This document shows, in pieces, positions 11,850 to 22,710 of a stretch of DNA of 40,528 nt. Numbering within the stretch: the stretch's first letter is position 1; the number at the start of each line of letters is the position of its first letter. Origin of the DNA: Octopus bimaculoides (lineage: Eukaryota); contig NC_068983.1 in assembly GCF_001194135.2 (NCBI RefSeq), forward strand, positions 112,082,389 to 112,122,916. Direction: 5' to 3'. The notes beneath the pieces were generated by a model that ran no database searches, was not told where the DNA came from, and saw only the letters and a program-made list of their open reading frames with translations. Position numbers and translations under genes: made by a program.

Positions 11850-12065
11850 ATTGTCATCGTCATCATTGTTATCGTCATTGTACTGGTCCATCATCACCAT
11901 TATTATCATCATCACCATCCTTGTTATCATTATCATTGTTTGTTGTCCCCATTGTCTTTGTTGTTGCTGTTGCTACCACCACCATTTATACTGTCATACC
12001 AGTTATCCTTTATCCTCATAGCATGTTCATCATCAAGGTCATTATTATGGTCATCATCATTAATT
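11850..12065. repeat. Cryptic (CAT)n/(TTG)n low-complexity tract
   Basis: Read directly. Confidence 0.8.
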
Positions 12066-12189
12066 TTAATCATGAAAAGTACTGGCTTGTGAAATTTACA
12101 TCCCCGTTACTACAAGATCAGCTCCATGTGGCTTATTAAAATCATTAACATCACCATCATTTTTGGCATATCACATCCTCCCCCACCTC

Positions 12190-12545
12190 CTCATCCTCAT
12201 CATCACTTAACATCCATTTTCCATGCTGGCATGGGTTGGATAGTTTGACTGGAGCTGGCCAGCTGGTCTGGGCTCCATGTTTGTTTTGGAATGGTCTCTA
12301 CAGCTGGATGCCCTTCCTAACGCAGACCACTTTACAGAGTGTACTGGGTGCCTTTTATGTGGCACCAGCATGGATGCTTCTACATGGTTTTGGCACATGT
12401 GCTTTTACATGGCACTAGAATGGGTGCTTTTATGAGGCACCGACATGGGTGCTTTTATGTGGCACCAGTACAGATGCTTTTACATGGCACCAGCAAGAGT
12501 GCTTTTATGTGACTCCAGCATGGGTGCTTTTATGTAGCACTGGTA
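12190..12545 (-). mobile_element. RTE-type LINE/SINE 3' tail with ~25-bp minisatellite
   Basis: Reverse complement of the GTTAGGAAGGGCATCCAGCTGTAGA...CCATGCCAGCATGGAAAA-(GAT)n tail, with ~7-8 units GCACCAGCATGGGTGCTTTTATGTG at ~12345-12545. Confidence 0.85.
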
Positions 12546-12817
12546 TGGCATTATCACCATATCTATTCAATGATAATAGCAATCTTGTTTTTACCTCATT
12601 TAAAAAGTTATTGTTCTTCAGTTAACTGCAATTTATAACATCAATTGTTCTTGGCTCACTTGAATGTTAATCAAATATAAACCTTATGCAACTATTCTGC
12701 ACCAACTAATCTTAATGACTACGATAATCTGATGCTATGTTCAGCTCTCACCTAACTGGTCTGAACAAACTTTTACCAACCAGCTTTCTTATTAGTCAAT
12801 TATCTTCAAAGTTCTTA

Positions 12818-12820
<3 letters not shown>

Positions 12821-12850
<30 letters not shown>
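12821..12850 (-). repeat. Poly-T 30-mer (poly-A on minus strand)
   Basis: Read directly. Confidence 0.95.
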
Positions 12851-12852
<2 letters not shown>

Positions 12853-13160
12853 TAGTTTAACAAATGCAAGAAACTTTTACTTATTTTTAGCCATTATTGC
12901 ATAAAAAATATAGTATTTATGGTTCTGCAAATTGATAAGCTTCAAACTAAATTCTCTCTGCTTGAACTCTATTGAGCACATGCTCTTTCATTATAAGTTT
13001 CTTTATTTAGTACTTCAGCAATTATTCAAAAGTTACTTATCTTTTCTTCTTCCATGTTCATGCCATTTATCTGTATAACAGATGTTGTGTAGACCAAAGT
13101 CAGCCCAATTAAACAGAGCTGTGATATGCAGGTAGCTGTCTGAATGCTTAGGTGCAACTC

Positions 13161-13205
13161 ACAGAACTATTGCTTTAAATGTAGCATTTAAAGCAATAGT
13201 TCTGT
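13161..13205. repeat. Perfect hairpin, 21-bp arms, 3-nt loop
   Basis: ACAGAACTATTGCTTTAAATG-TAG-CATTTAAAGCAATAGTTCTGT. Confidence 0.97.
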
Positions 13206-13835
13206 CTAGCTGGGGACCATATTGCACACTTGGACTGTGGTTAATTGTATGGGGAACAGTATTGCAGTCTGAACTAGTTATACTTTTGCTCTCCATTGCC
13301 CAATATATTTCTGTACAATAATGGATTCTTGTATCATCTACAACAGATATGTGCAAGATGGTCAAGTCAGAGCACAGCTGAGTACTGTGAATGGTGATGT
13401 GTAGCATTTAATGAGACTATTGACGGATGCAACAATATTTTAGTGGTAATGAATTCTTATATTTGCTTGAGATGAATGGGAGAGATAAAGGTTTAGGAAT
13501 GTTATTGTAATGTTCTGAGATGTTGTAGATCTATTTGGGGGTGAATTTTACATGTAGTGGTGCCAGGGACTGTGTATGGTGAAGTTTTTTTAGACAACAA
13601 ACTATGTCTCTCGCATGTCAAGAGTCATTCATTTCCATTATTTTCAATTTTTTATGTAGGTACCCAATGAATGTGGGCTATATGAAACCTGAGTTGATGT
13701 GAAGTGTATTGTCATTTGTAGTTTACTGTAGCTTCTTTTGACAGAGAGATTGGTTAGTATCACCCTCAATTCATTATTTATATACTATTGTGGTTGTTAC
13801 TTTCTATTGGCTGATGTGGTACAGATGAATACTGC

Positions 13836-14090
13836 ATTATCATCATCGTCATCATTGTTGTCATCATCACCCTCATCATCATCTTTATTTTACATTCATA
13901 TACAATGCTATCATAGGCCGGAGATTTTGACAAGATCCATTAGGTCAGAGGACCACATCGTATCATAATTTTGGCATAATTTCTAAAGTTACATTCCCTT
14001 CCTAATGCCATCTACTTAACAATGTGTACAAAGTGCTTTTTGTGTGGCATAAGCGCTAATGAGGTCACTGTGTAACTGACAAGGTTATGA
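13836..14090 (-). mobile_element. Degenerate RTE-type 3' tail with (CAT)n end
   Basis: CCCTTCCTAATGCCA motif and (CAT)n as in 12190-12545. Confidence 0.55.
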
Positions 14091-14212
14091 GCATCATTAA
14101 CTGTGAGGGATAATAGGAGATATAGAGGTTACTTTAAACAAGATATTGAGAGATTAAAATGATAGGGAGAACAAGAACAAGTTTATTGTTTGTGGAAGAG
14201 ATTTGCAACCAT

Positions 14213-15397
14213 TTGAAGTCCTTTGTTGCCAGGTTTTGCTCCTATGCTTTGAATTTCTTTAATCCTACTACAGATTCAGTTATAAGAAAGAAATCATCTG
14301 CATCTAGGTGTTTCCAGTCTTAAAATCCTTGGTTATGGCTTGGAGAACGAAGCTGAATAGAATGGAACCGAGAGCTGAAACTTAGTGGATCCTTAATTTC
14401 ATAGCAGTAGTCATTGCTTACTCTTATCTTTCTGACAACACCTAGATAATAGAAGCTATCTACAACCTCCTAGGCATTTGAGGAAATTTATTTCCTATGT
14501 GCTTTTAGAGTTTATTGCTCCAACACATTTGCTATATAAAAAGTGTGCTTCTACTGTTAACTCACTTATGATTCCACTGCTCCTGTTGTGTATTCATTGT
14601 TTGCATTTGGTACTCTGTACTGAATTACTATCTATTATTATTCTACCAAGTCATTTACATGATGGTAGCAGAGTCTTGTCTGTTTTCCTATTTACTAAGG
14701 CCTTAGTCTTGCTATATTAACTTTGAAGTCCATTGTTGCCAGGTTTTTCTTTAATCCTGCTACAAATTCAGCTATACAAATGAGATCATTTGCACTTAGG
14801 AGTTTCCAGTCTTAAAATCCTTTGTTATGGCTTGGAGAACAACGATGAATAAAATGGAATCAAGAACTGAAACCTACTGGACCTCTGCCTACTCCCTAAA
14901 TTCATAGCAGTAGTCCTTACTTACTTCTATTTTTCTGACAACACAACCTATTCATTTACTCACAGTTTTCTCAGCAACCAAAATATCACCAAGCAAAGAA
15001 CTCTGTTGAAGACATTCTCCAGACAAATGCCAAGTACAATGGCTTACCCTTAGCCAGGTTCTTATGCAGTTGTTCCACAAAGAAGAAAGCATCATTAGTA
15101 CCAGGAAATGGCACAAAACGGAACTGTATCACAGTAAGGCTAACACTCTTCCTAATCAACTGAGCAATAAACCTTTCCATGATATTCATAATCTGACCCA
15201 ACGACTTGACACCCTTTCATTATGTCTCTATAAACCATTTTCTTTCCCATTGTAACTGTTGACTATAATGTCACTACAGCAGTCATCAGAGGTGACACTT
15301 TCCTGTGTAACTTGATTAATTATACAAGTGGCTATTTCATATTTTCTTCCATCAAATATTTTAAGCATCTCAGCAGTAATTTCTGATGGACCAGGAC
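14213..15397 (-). pseudogene. RTE-clade LINE RT relic (downstream part of a split element), with internal duplication
   Basis: SPGPSEITAEMLK, IINQVTQE, QFRFVP.PGTNDAFF, KGKPLYLAFV, LFIVVLQAITKDFKTG, ANDL (ADDL-like), EVVDSFYYLG. 14213-14445 duplicates 14722-14945. Confidence 0.88.
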
Positions 15398-15398
15398 T

Positions 15399-15655
15399 TG
15401 TGTGGTAAGAAGTTCATTTCCCAACTGCATGGTTTCAGGTTCAGTCTCACTGCATGGCATCTTGGGCAAGTATCTTCTACTATAGCCTCAGGCTGATTAA
15501 AACCTTGTGAGTGGATTTGGTATATGGAAACTGAAAGAAACACATCGTATGTATGTAGGTATGTATGTATGTATGTACGTGAGTGGGTGTATATGTATGT
15601 ATGTATGTATGTGTGTGTGTGTGTGTATGTATGCATATATGCATGTATGTATGTT
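15399..15655 (+). mobile_element. Type-1 SINE 5' half plus (TATG)n microsatellite
   Basis: TGTGTGGTAAG, GGTTCAGTCTC, CATCTTGGGCAAGT, GGAAACTGAAAGAA, then (TATG)n. Confidence 0.88.
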
Positions 15656-15659
15656 ACTT

Positions 15660-16026
15660 GCAGGAGCTAAAACCTCATGAATGGCCTCCAAGAAGTCCGT
15701 ATCTCACCCCATGTGATTTTTAATTGTGGAGTTACACAAAAGAGGAGATCTACAAGACAAAACCTTGCACATTGGAGAACTTGGAGACATGGATTCAGGA
15801 GGTTCTCAATGAAATCCCAGATGATGTCCTTCAGAAAGTTGTTCATTCCATCCCTGGCCATTTGAGGAAACTGGTTGATGCCACCAGTACTTACACTGAA
15901 ATATGAAAATTTACTTTCCTTTTCCCATGTAATAAAGAACATGAATCATTTGTTTCAATAAATTTGTAAAAGGAATATGGATTTTATTACCAATTTTTAA
16001 TGCCTACTAACTTTTCACCCACCCTG
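15660..16026 (+). mobile_element. Tc1/mariner 3' fragment with right TIR and TA target
   Basis: WPPRSPYLTPCDF*LWSYTKEEIYKTKPCTLENL...IP..VL..VV...RKLV. Ends ...TTTTCACCCACCCTG followed by TA (TIR starts CAGGGTG). Confidence 0.9.
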
Positions 16027-16563
16027 TATGTATATGTATACATATATGTGTGTGTATATATATATATATATATNNNNNNNNNNNNNNNNNNNNNNNNNNN
16101 NNNNNNNNNNNNNNNNNNNNNNNNNNNNNNNNNNNNNNNNNNNNNNNNNNNNNNNNNNNNNNNNNNNNNNNNNNNNNNNNNNNNNNNNNNNNNNNNNNNN
16201 NNNNNNNNNNNNNNNNNNNNNNNNNNNNNNNNNNNNNNNNNNNNNNNNNNNNNNNNNNNNNNNNNNNNNNNNNNNNNNNNNNNNNNNNNNNNNNNNNNNN
16301 NNNNNNNNNNNNNNNNNNNNNNNNNNNNNNNNNNNNNNNNNNNNNNNNNNNNNNNNNNNNNNNNNNNNNNNNNNNNNNNNNNNNNNNNNNNNNNNNNNNN
16401 NNNNNNNNNNNNNNNNNNNNNNNNNNNNNNNNNNNNNNNNNNNNNNNNNNNNNNNNNNNNNNNNNNNNNNNNNNNNNNNNNNNNNNNNNNNNNNNNNNNN
16501 NNNNNNNNNNNNNNNNNNNNNNNNNNNNNNNNNNNNNNNNNNNNNNNNNNNNNNNNNNNNNNN

Positions 16564-16624
<61 letters not shown>

Positions 16625-16639
16625 TATATATATGCATGT

Positions 16640-16845
16640 GTGTGCATGTATGTGTCTTTGTGTCTGTATCCCCCCACCCACCGCTTGACAGCTGGTGTTG
16701 GTTTATTTAAGTCCCCATAAGTTTTGTGATTTGGCAAAAGATACTGATAGAATAAGTATGAGGTTAAAAATTATGTACTGGGGGTGATTCATTCACCTAA
16801 AAACTTTTCAAGGTGGTGCCCCAGAATGGCCACAAGTTAAAAGAA
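16640..16845 (+). mobile_element. Type-1 SINE 3' half
   Basis: GCTTGACAGCTGGTGTTGG, GATAGAATAAGT, GGTGGTGCCCCAGAATGGCCAC align with 31550-31740. Confidence 0.85.
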
Positions 16846-16849
16846 AAAA

Positions 16850-17430
16850 GTGTCTACAGCTGTCTAGCTGATCCTCTGTTGGGTTCTGGTTGGAGAGGGC
16901 CTCTTTCTTCCATGCATTCTTTTTTCATTGTGTATGATTTTGTAATTGAATTTTCATGCTTCTTTCTTTTCAAAATCACTCAATGCAAGTATACCATTGT
17001 CCATCCATTTACATTTCTCACTCACAAAGCTGTGATTCTTTCTGGTACACTATCATCCTACCTCTCACTCCTGATCCTCATGCCATAGAATATTAGCAAA
17101 CCTCTTATTTTCTTCCTCTCCCTTTGTTAAGTATACCTGTTGCCTAGCTTCACTTGTAACTACCTGGTATACATTTTCCTTTTGTCCCACTTTCTTCCAC
17201 TTTTTCCAAGTCTATCTCTTTGCTTTTATGGCTCTGTCCACCTCACTGTTCCACCACCATATCACCTTTGGTCTAGCTGGATGATGCACGAACCAGGGAC
17301 ATTGTCTATAGCCCTCAGCAGGTTGTTCCATAGGAATTTCCAGTTGTCCTCCTTGTTGTAGGTCTCTATCTTCTCGTCCCTATTGTAAAAGGCTTCAAGT
17401 AGTAGTTCCCTAAATTTTTAACTGTTTACT
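16850..17430 (-). pseudogene. RTE-clade LINE endonuclease-RT linker relic (upstream part of the split element)
   Basis: WWWNSEVDRAIKAKR*TWKKWK, EARQQVYL, RFANIL, EKCKWMDNG.LAL, NAWKKEALSNQNPTE; collinear with 15397 downward. Confidence 0.85.
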
Positions 17431-17526
17431 GGACCTTTTACAGCTTGATTTCTGCTTCTGGGACCACCTAATACAAAATATGAAGTTACTAACTACCAAT
17501 CGATCTTTCTTATGAATATGTGCATG

Positions 17527-17558
<32 letters not shown>

Positions 17559-17729
17559 GGTAGGTATGTATGTGTATCTATCAACATTAATATATTTTCA
17601 GCACACAATGCTATAAGAAAAAAAAATGTTTCATTGATTTGTCGTCAGCTATTCTCATTTACAAGTATTTCATTTCTTCTTTTATTTTTCTATTTGTTGT
17701 GGTGCTATTTCTTGTTGTTGAGAAGATCA

Positions 17730-17990
17730 ATCCTTGCATGAAATATAGTCTTTGAATTCTTTTATCATTGACCAAAGTTTTGATATTTGGAGAGGTACTT
17801 GAAAGTGTGCAAGAAATATTGCCTTCAACTGGAAATTGATTTCTCTGTTTGGATTTAATTTGCAGCATGCATAAAAAACTTCCCTTTTACTCATGTAATG
17901 TGATGCAAATGGCAGAAGTAATCTTAATGCATGACCAAGAGATGTTTGCAACTCCAGAACATGCTTCTTTAAGATATTTTCCTGAAGGAT
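17730..17990 (-). pseudogene. hAT transposase C-terminal dimerisation-domain relic (Charlie/ZBED-like)
   Basis: ALRLLLPFAS.Y followed, after a frameshift, by IKSKQRNQF.VEGNISCTLSST.PNIKTLV. Confidence 0.75.
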
Positions 17991-18111
17991 CTGTTAAACT
18001 GGTCGTGAGCCACTGAATCATTTTTAATTTCCAAAACTTCTTCCTATAGATTCTCTAGAATAGCATTCACACCAAAATTAAAGAGAGCTCTGTAGAGAAA
18101 TTCTTTTAGAA

Positions 18112-18213
18112 TTTGTCAATCATTTCTGGCCACAAGTTAAAAGTCAATCATTTCTGTTAGATTGTCAATCAGTCCTGTAAGATTGTCAATCATTTTTCTA
18201 AATGATTGACAAT
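18112..18213. repeat. Four direct and one inverted copy of the GTCAATCA motif, ending in a 14-bp-arm perfect hairpin
   Basis: ATTGTCAATCATTT-TTCT-AAATGATTGACAAT at 18182-18213. Confidence 0.85.
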
Positions 18214-18352
18214 TTCAATTGAAAAGATTCTCTTTTCTCCATCCATTACATCAATGCATCAAAATAGAAATAACTTTTTATCTTTTAACTTTTGCAATCC
18301 ATTGTTTTAAAGTTCTAATTGCAAGAGATTTTGATTATATATTTTGTTTTAA

Positions 18353-18573
18353 CCCTTTCATTACTGTATTTATTTTGAGATGCTCTGTATTTCTTTCAAT
18401 TACTTTAAATATAACAAAGAATTTAGTAAAATAACTTAGTTATCATTCAGCTGGTGTTAGGAACATAAATTGTGACTAAGGTTTAATGGAAGATTTTAAT
18501 TCAAAACTTATGAAAACAAGACATTTGTACTACAGAGCCAGAGCCAGTTTCAGCCAGGTTGGTAACGAAAGGG
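18353..18573. mobile_element. piggyBac-type MITE
   Basis: TIR CCCTTTCATTAC / GTAACGAAAGGG, flanked by TTAA (18349-52) and CTAA (18574-77). Confidence 0.8.
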
Positions 18574-19565
18574 CTAAATTAGCAGCCTTTTCTTGTAGTC
18601 AAAAATTTAGTTTCTTTGGACTTATAGATATGTCCACTAGATATGCAATGTCTAGATTTGATTGGTTTATGTTATTTTGATATTCAACTTTAATCTTTTA
18701 TATAGGAACATGACTTAAGCTTTACCTTCAGTTTGAAAACTGCTCACAAGCTTCTGGCCAGCTTGAACCGATAACAGAAATTACTGACCCTAACTGCCAT
18801 TGAGTGAAACTGAACAGGTTGCATAGGAACTTGTACAAACATTTTCTCTTCTCAAAGACTTTCTAATGCTGTCCAGCATGTCTTTATTTCAGGTATTGAG
18901 TATAGTGTAGACATTATCCAATGTCACCCATTTTGTTTTAAATTACTGTAAGGTATTATGTAAGTGAGATTTAGCTGCTGTATTGAGCAAGTTAAGCGAT
19001 CATACAAAAACTCTTCCATTCATTTGGATTTTATAATTAACGAACAAGCAAAAAATAAACAAATAAATAAAAATTATAGGCATTTTGTAACTTATCTTTA
19101 TCATTATTCCATCCATGGTTATCCAATTATGTGACTATTATCAAAAATTCTGAACATAATTATGCAGTTCTTACTTCAAATATTGCAGGTAGTAGAGAGA
19201 TCAAGTAACTCTGTTTTCTATAGATTAAGTAACTACATAGAAACTAAATAATTGGTTTGTGTGTGTATGTGCTTACATTAAAGGTATGTTTATAATGTAC
19301 ATGATTGTATGGGTGTTGTTTTTCTCACACCTTGTTACTGATCTAATTGTTACCAGTTGAGACTATAACAGAAGTGATAATAATGATGTGATTAAAGATA
19401 AAGAATACTTCAAGCTGAAAACAAAAAAAGGTGATATTTACAGAATAATTGAAACAGTAATCTTGCTATTATCTTTGCCTTTATTTTGAAATAAATATCA
19501 TTTTGATCTATTTAATTGAATCTCCATTAAAAGGTGAACTTCTGTGAAATTTGCTAGATATTTAG

Positions 19566-19740
19566 ATGCAGGCATGGGTTGTGTGGTTGAGATGTTCCCT
19601 CCCAAACCATGTGATTTCAGATTCAATCCCACAGTATGGCACCTTTGGCCTTTTACTATAGCCCCAAATCATCACCCAAAGTTTGTGAGTGGATGTGATG
19701 GGTGGAAACTGAAAAAAAGCCTGCCATGTGTGCATGTGTG
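19566..19740 (+). mobile_element. Degenerate type-1 SINE 5' half
   Basis: GCAGGCATGGGTTGTGTGG...TACTATAGCC...GTGAGTGGAT...GGAAACTGAAA. Confidence 0.8.
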
Positions 19741-19749
19741 CTTGCATAA

Positions 19750-20050
19750 GCAGCTAAATGGTTCAGCTATTTGGCTCTCAAGATTGTATGATCATGAGTT
19801 CAATACCTGGTGGTACATTGTGTCCTTGAGCAAGACTCTTCATTTTATGTTGTTCTAGTCCACTCAGCTGGCAAAAACAAGCAATACTTGTATTTCAAAA
19901 GGCCAGCCTTGTCATATTCTCTGTCACGCTGAATCTCCTTGTAAACTATGTTAAGAATACACATGTCTGTGGAGTGCTCAGCCACTTGCAGATTAATTTT
20001 ATGAGCAGGCTAACTGAAACACTTGTTGTTATGACCGACAAAGTGCCAGT
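19750..20050 (+). mobile_element. tRNA-headed SINE sharing its 3' tail with the type-3 SINE at 33731
   Basis: GAGTTCAATACC B-box-like motif, TGTGTCCTTGAGCAAGAC core, and tail GTCTGTGGAGTGCTCAGCCACTTGCA. Confidence 0.8.
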
Positions 20051-20379
20051 TAATGTATATATATATATATATGTGTGTGTGTATGTATATAAGTCTGTGT
20101 GTTTCTTGAGTGAGTTTCCATTTCCTTCATGTTCTCTGGTTTGAAAACAATAGTTTCCTGAAGCAAATTATCATTTGCCTACAGTTCACTGTGAAAACAT
20201 GTTCCTGCTGTTTGGCATTTGACAAATTCGAAAATTATTATTTCACTTGGAAACAAATGGGGTTGGCAACAAGTAAAGAATCTTGTTATTATAATAAAAA
20301 ATAAACCCTTTTCCCCCAACATACTCTTGTCAATGAGCATAGAAAAGTCAATATTGAAATAACGAGGATGATGATGATG

Positions 20380-20830
20380 ATAAGGTAAGCCCAAAAAAGA
20401 TGTGGGATGAGGTGGTGAAATATGATCTTCAGACGTTGACTCTCATGGAGGTGATGACAAGTGACTGAAACTTTTGGTGATTTGCTGTGCTTGAGAAGAC
20501 ACATGAAGCTAAGTGAAATCGTAGTTGTGGTCAGTGCCAGTGGCATGTGAAAGGCACTTATGCCAGTGGTATTTAAAGAGCATCTACGCTGGTGGCATGT
20601 AAAATGCACTGTGCAGGTGACACGTAAAAGACACCCTGTACACTCCGTGGAGTGGTTGGCATTAGGAAGGGCATCCAGTTATAGAAACCAAGCCGAAACA
20701 GATTGAAGCCTGGTGCAGCTCTCTGGCTGACCAGCTCCAGTCAAACTGTCTTACTCATGCCAACATGGAAAACCAATACTAAATGACGACAATGGTGATG
20801 ATGATGATGATGAGAGTGATGATGATACTA
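20380..20830 (+). mobile_element. RTE-clade LINE 3' end with (GAT)n tail
   Basis: PKKMWDEVVKYDLQTLTLMEVMTSD*NFW*FAVLEKT (RTE C-terminus), the 3'UTR and (GAT)n. Confidence 0.85.
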
Positions 20831-20999
20831 CCACCATCCCAGCTGCTGCCATACCTGCCATTGCCGCCATCACTGCCACTGCTGCTACTGCAACCAGTCT
20901 CCATCAGTACTACTACCACTGCCAGCACAACTTCTATTGCCACCACAATCATTGATTTAGACCAGCAGTTCCAGTCACCACATGGAAACAGCTAGTGCT

Positions 21000-21062
21000 T
21001 TACAAGGGCATGGAAATGACACAGGGAAGATTATAAATCTCTTGAAGTAACTTGTTGAAGAA
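21000..21062 (+). repeat. 63-bp displaced duplicate of hAT sequence 21617-21679
   Basis: 60/63 identical; both copies carry the same in-frame TAA. Confidence 0.95.
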
Positions 21063-21555
21063 AAGCTCAGTACATGAGTCATTCCAGTTAACACGATTTT
21101 TTGCACTTCCTGTAGGATAGTTAACCTGGTATCATTTTCAAATAGGTTTCAGTACCTTTTTTTAACATTCCTAGAGATCCTACAATCACTGGTACGGTAG
21201 TTGCCTTGAGGTGCCACATTTTTTCAATTTCTATTTGCAAGTCTTTATATTTACTGATCTTGTCAAATTCTTTCACCGCTATTTTATGATCACAGGGAAT
21301 ACTCATATCAATTAATAAACACGTCTTCTTTGTCTGATCTTTTATAATAATATCCGGTTTATTAGCTTTTATAGCCTCATCGGTATGTACGAGGAAGTCC
21401 CAGAGAATCGATACATTTCCTCCCTCTGTCACAGCTTCAGGATGGTGTTTATACCATTTGTCAGTGGTTTTGATTTTATAATGCTGACATATTGTCCAGT
21501 GTAAATACTGGCCAACTCTGTCATGGCTCTTGATAAGCAGTTGATTCAACAACAT
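21063..21555 (-). pseudogene. R4/Dong-clade LINE restriction-like endonuclease fragment
   Basis: HDRVGQYLHW.IC...ILWDF...ANKPDIIIKD...CLLIDMSIP...KEFDKISKYKDL.IEIEKMW...PVIVGSLG, then LQEVQKIVLTG; PD-(D/E)xK-type motif. Confidence 0.92.
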
Positions 21556-21567
21556 ATAGGCAAGCAG

Positions 21568-22664
21568 TAAAAATTATTTTCAAAGCAGTTGGATTTTATG
21601 TAGGTAAGGCCTAGCATTACAAGGGCATGGACATGACACAGGGAAGATTGTAAATCTCTTGAAGTAACTTGTCGAAGAATGTCATGCAGAAGTAAGTCAG
21701 TGGTTTAAGCATGATAATTTCCTATCTGATACTATACTAAATGAGATCCTAGAGGTGTATGTTCATAACATGAAACATAAGAGAAAAGGTTGAAGATTCC
21801 ATGTTTATTGGTAATATATATGTTGGTACCACTGATTGCTCTGGCTTGGGACAAGAATAAATTATTGTTCATTATGTTTCTGGAGACCAAGATGTCTTTG
21901 AAGATTTTCTTGGCTTTTATAACCCTCCTGATTGTTTTTCAGAGACACAGACTAAAGTTGTTCTGGATGCTTTTTGCCACCTAAACATTTTGCTGGACTC
22001 AAAATTATGCTGCTTTTCTTTTGATGGTGCAGGTACCGTGAATGGGAAAATATCAGGTGTACAAGAGATTAAGATGTTTCCTGGTACATATTTTGTAAAC
22101 TGCAGAAACCACTCTCTGGATCTTGTTCTCCAAGAGGTTGGCTCTATGGTTGAAATTGTAACTGATGCCCTGAACATTGTTCACCAGTGCACCGTTCCTC
22201 TGAGAGAATCATTAAAAACAAAAGTGCTATGGACGAGCCTTTGTGGTGAGAATATTGTCATGCTGCAAAATGTATGTCCATTACATTGGTGCATTAGAGC
22301 AACAACACTGAAATGGGCTGAAAGTAACTATAAAAATATTCAGGATTTCTTGCTGGAACTTTTGAATGAAACATTGCTAAGAGCAACAACAGAGGCTACA
22401 GACAAAGGACTGCTGAAACAATCTGGCGAAGCTTCTACTTTGTCCAGTTTTAAGGTTGCTGGGGAAGTATTAGGAGTGTGGGAAGCAGTGGTACATAGCT
22501 TACAGTATCCAGGCACAACAGCTAGTGACTACTTGAAGCTGATCAAGAAGTTGAAGAACATTCTTTCAGACATAAAAAAAAACTACTTCAATGAAGTATC
22601 CCCTGCTGACTGTGTGAAAATGTCTGATACTTCTCATTCCAAGAATATACCGTTGCATTTGAGA

Positions 22665-22665
<1 letters not shown>
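21568..22665 (+). pseudogene. hAT transposase relic (DUF4371/ZMYM1-like)
   Basis: GF(L)CR*GLALQGH, NEILE, TTDCSG..E*I.VHYV...EDFLGF, FDGAGTVNGKISGVQ, VNCRNHSLDLVL, VCPLHWCIRA; stops and frameshifts upstream of 21990. Confidence 0.9.

Positions 22666-22666
<1 letters not shown>

Positions 22667-22709
<43 letters not shown>
22667..22709. repeat. (TAT)n microsatellite
   Basis: Read directly; gives the poly-Tyr tail of ORF 21990-22760. Confidence 0.95.

Positions 22710-22710
<1 letters not shown>

Noticed and set aside
17620-17655. Other CUGANGA...GAAA occurrences (minus strand here; plus strand at ~1318, ~7531, ~9345)
   Set aside because: Stems I and II do not pair.
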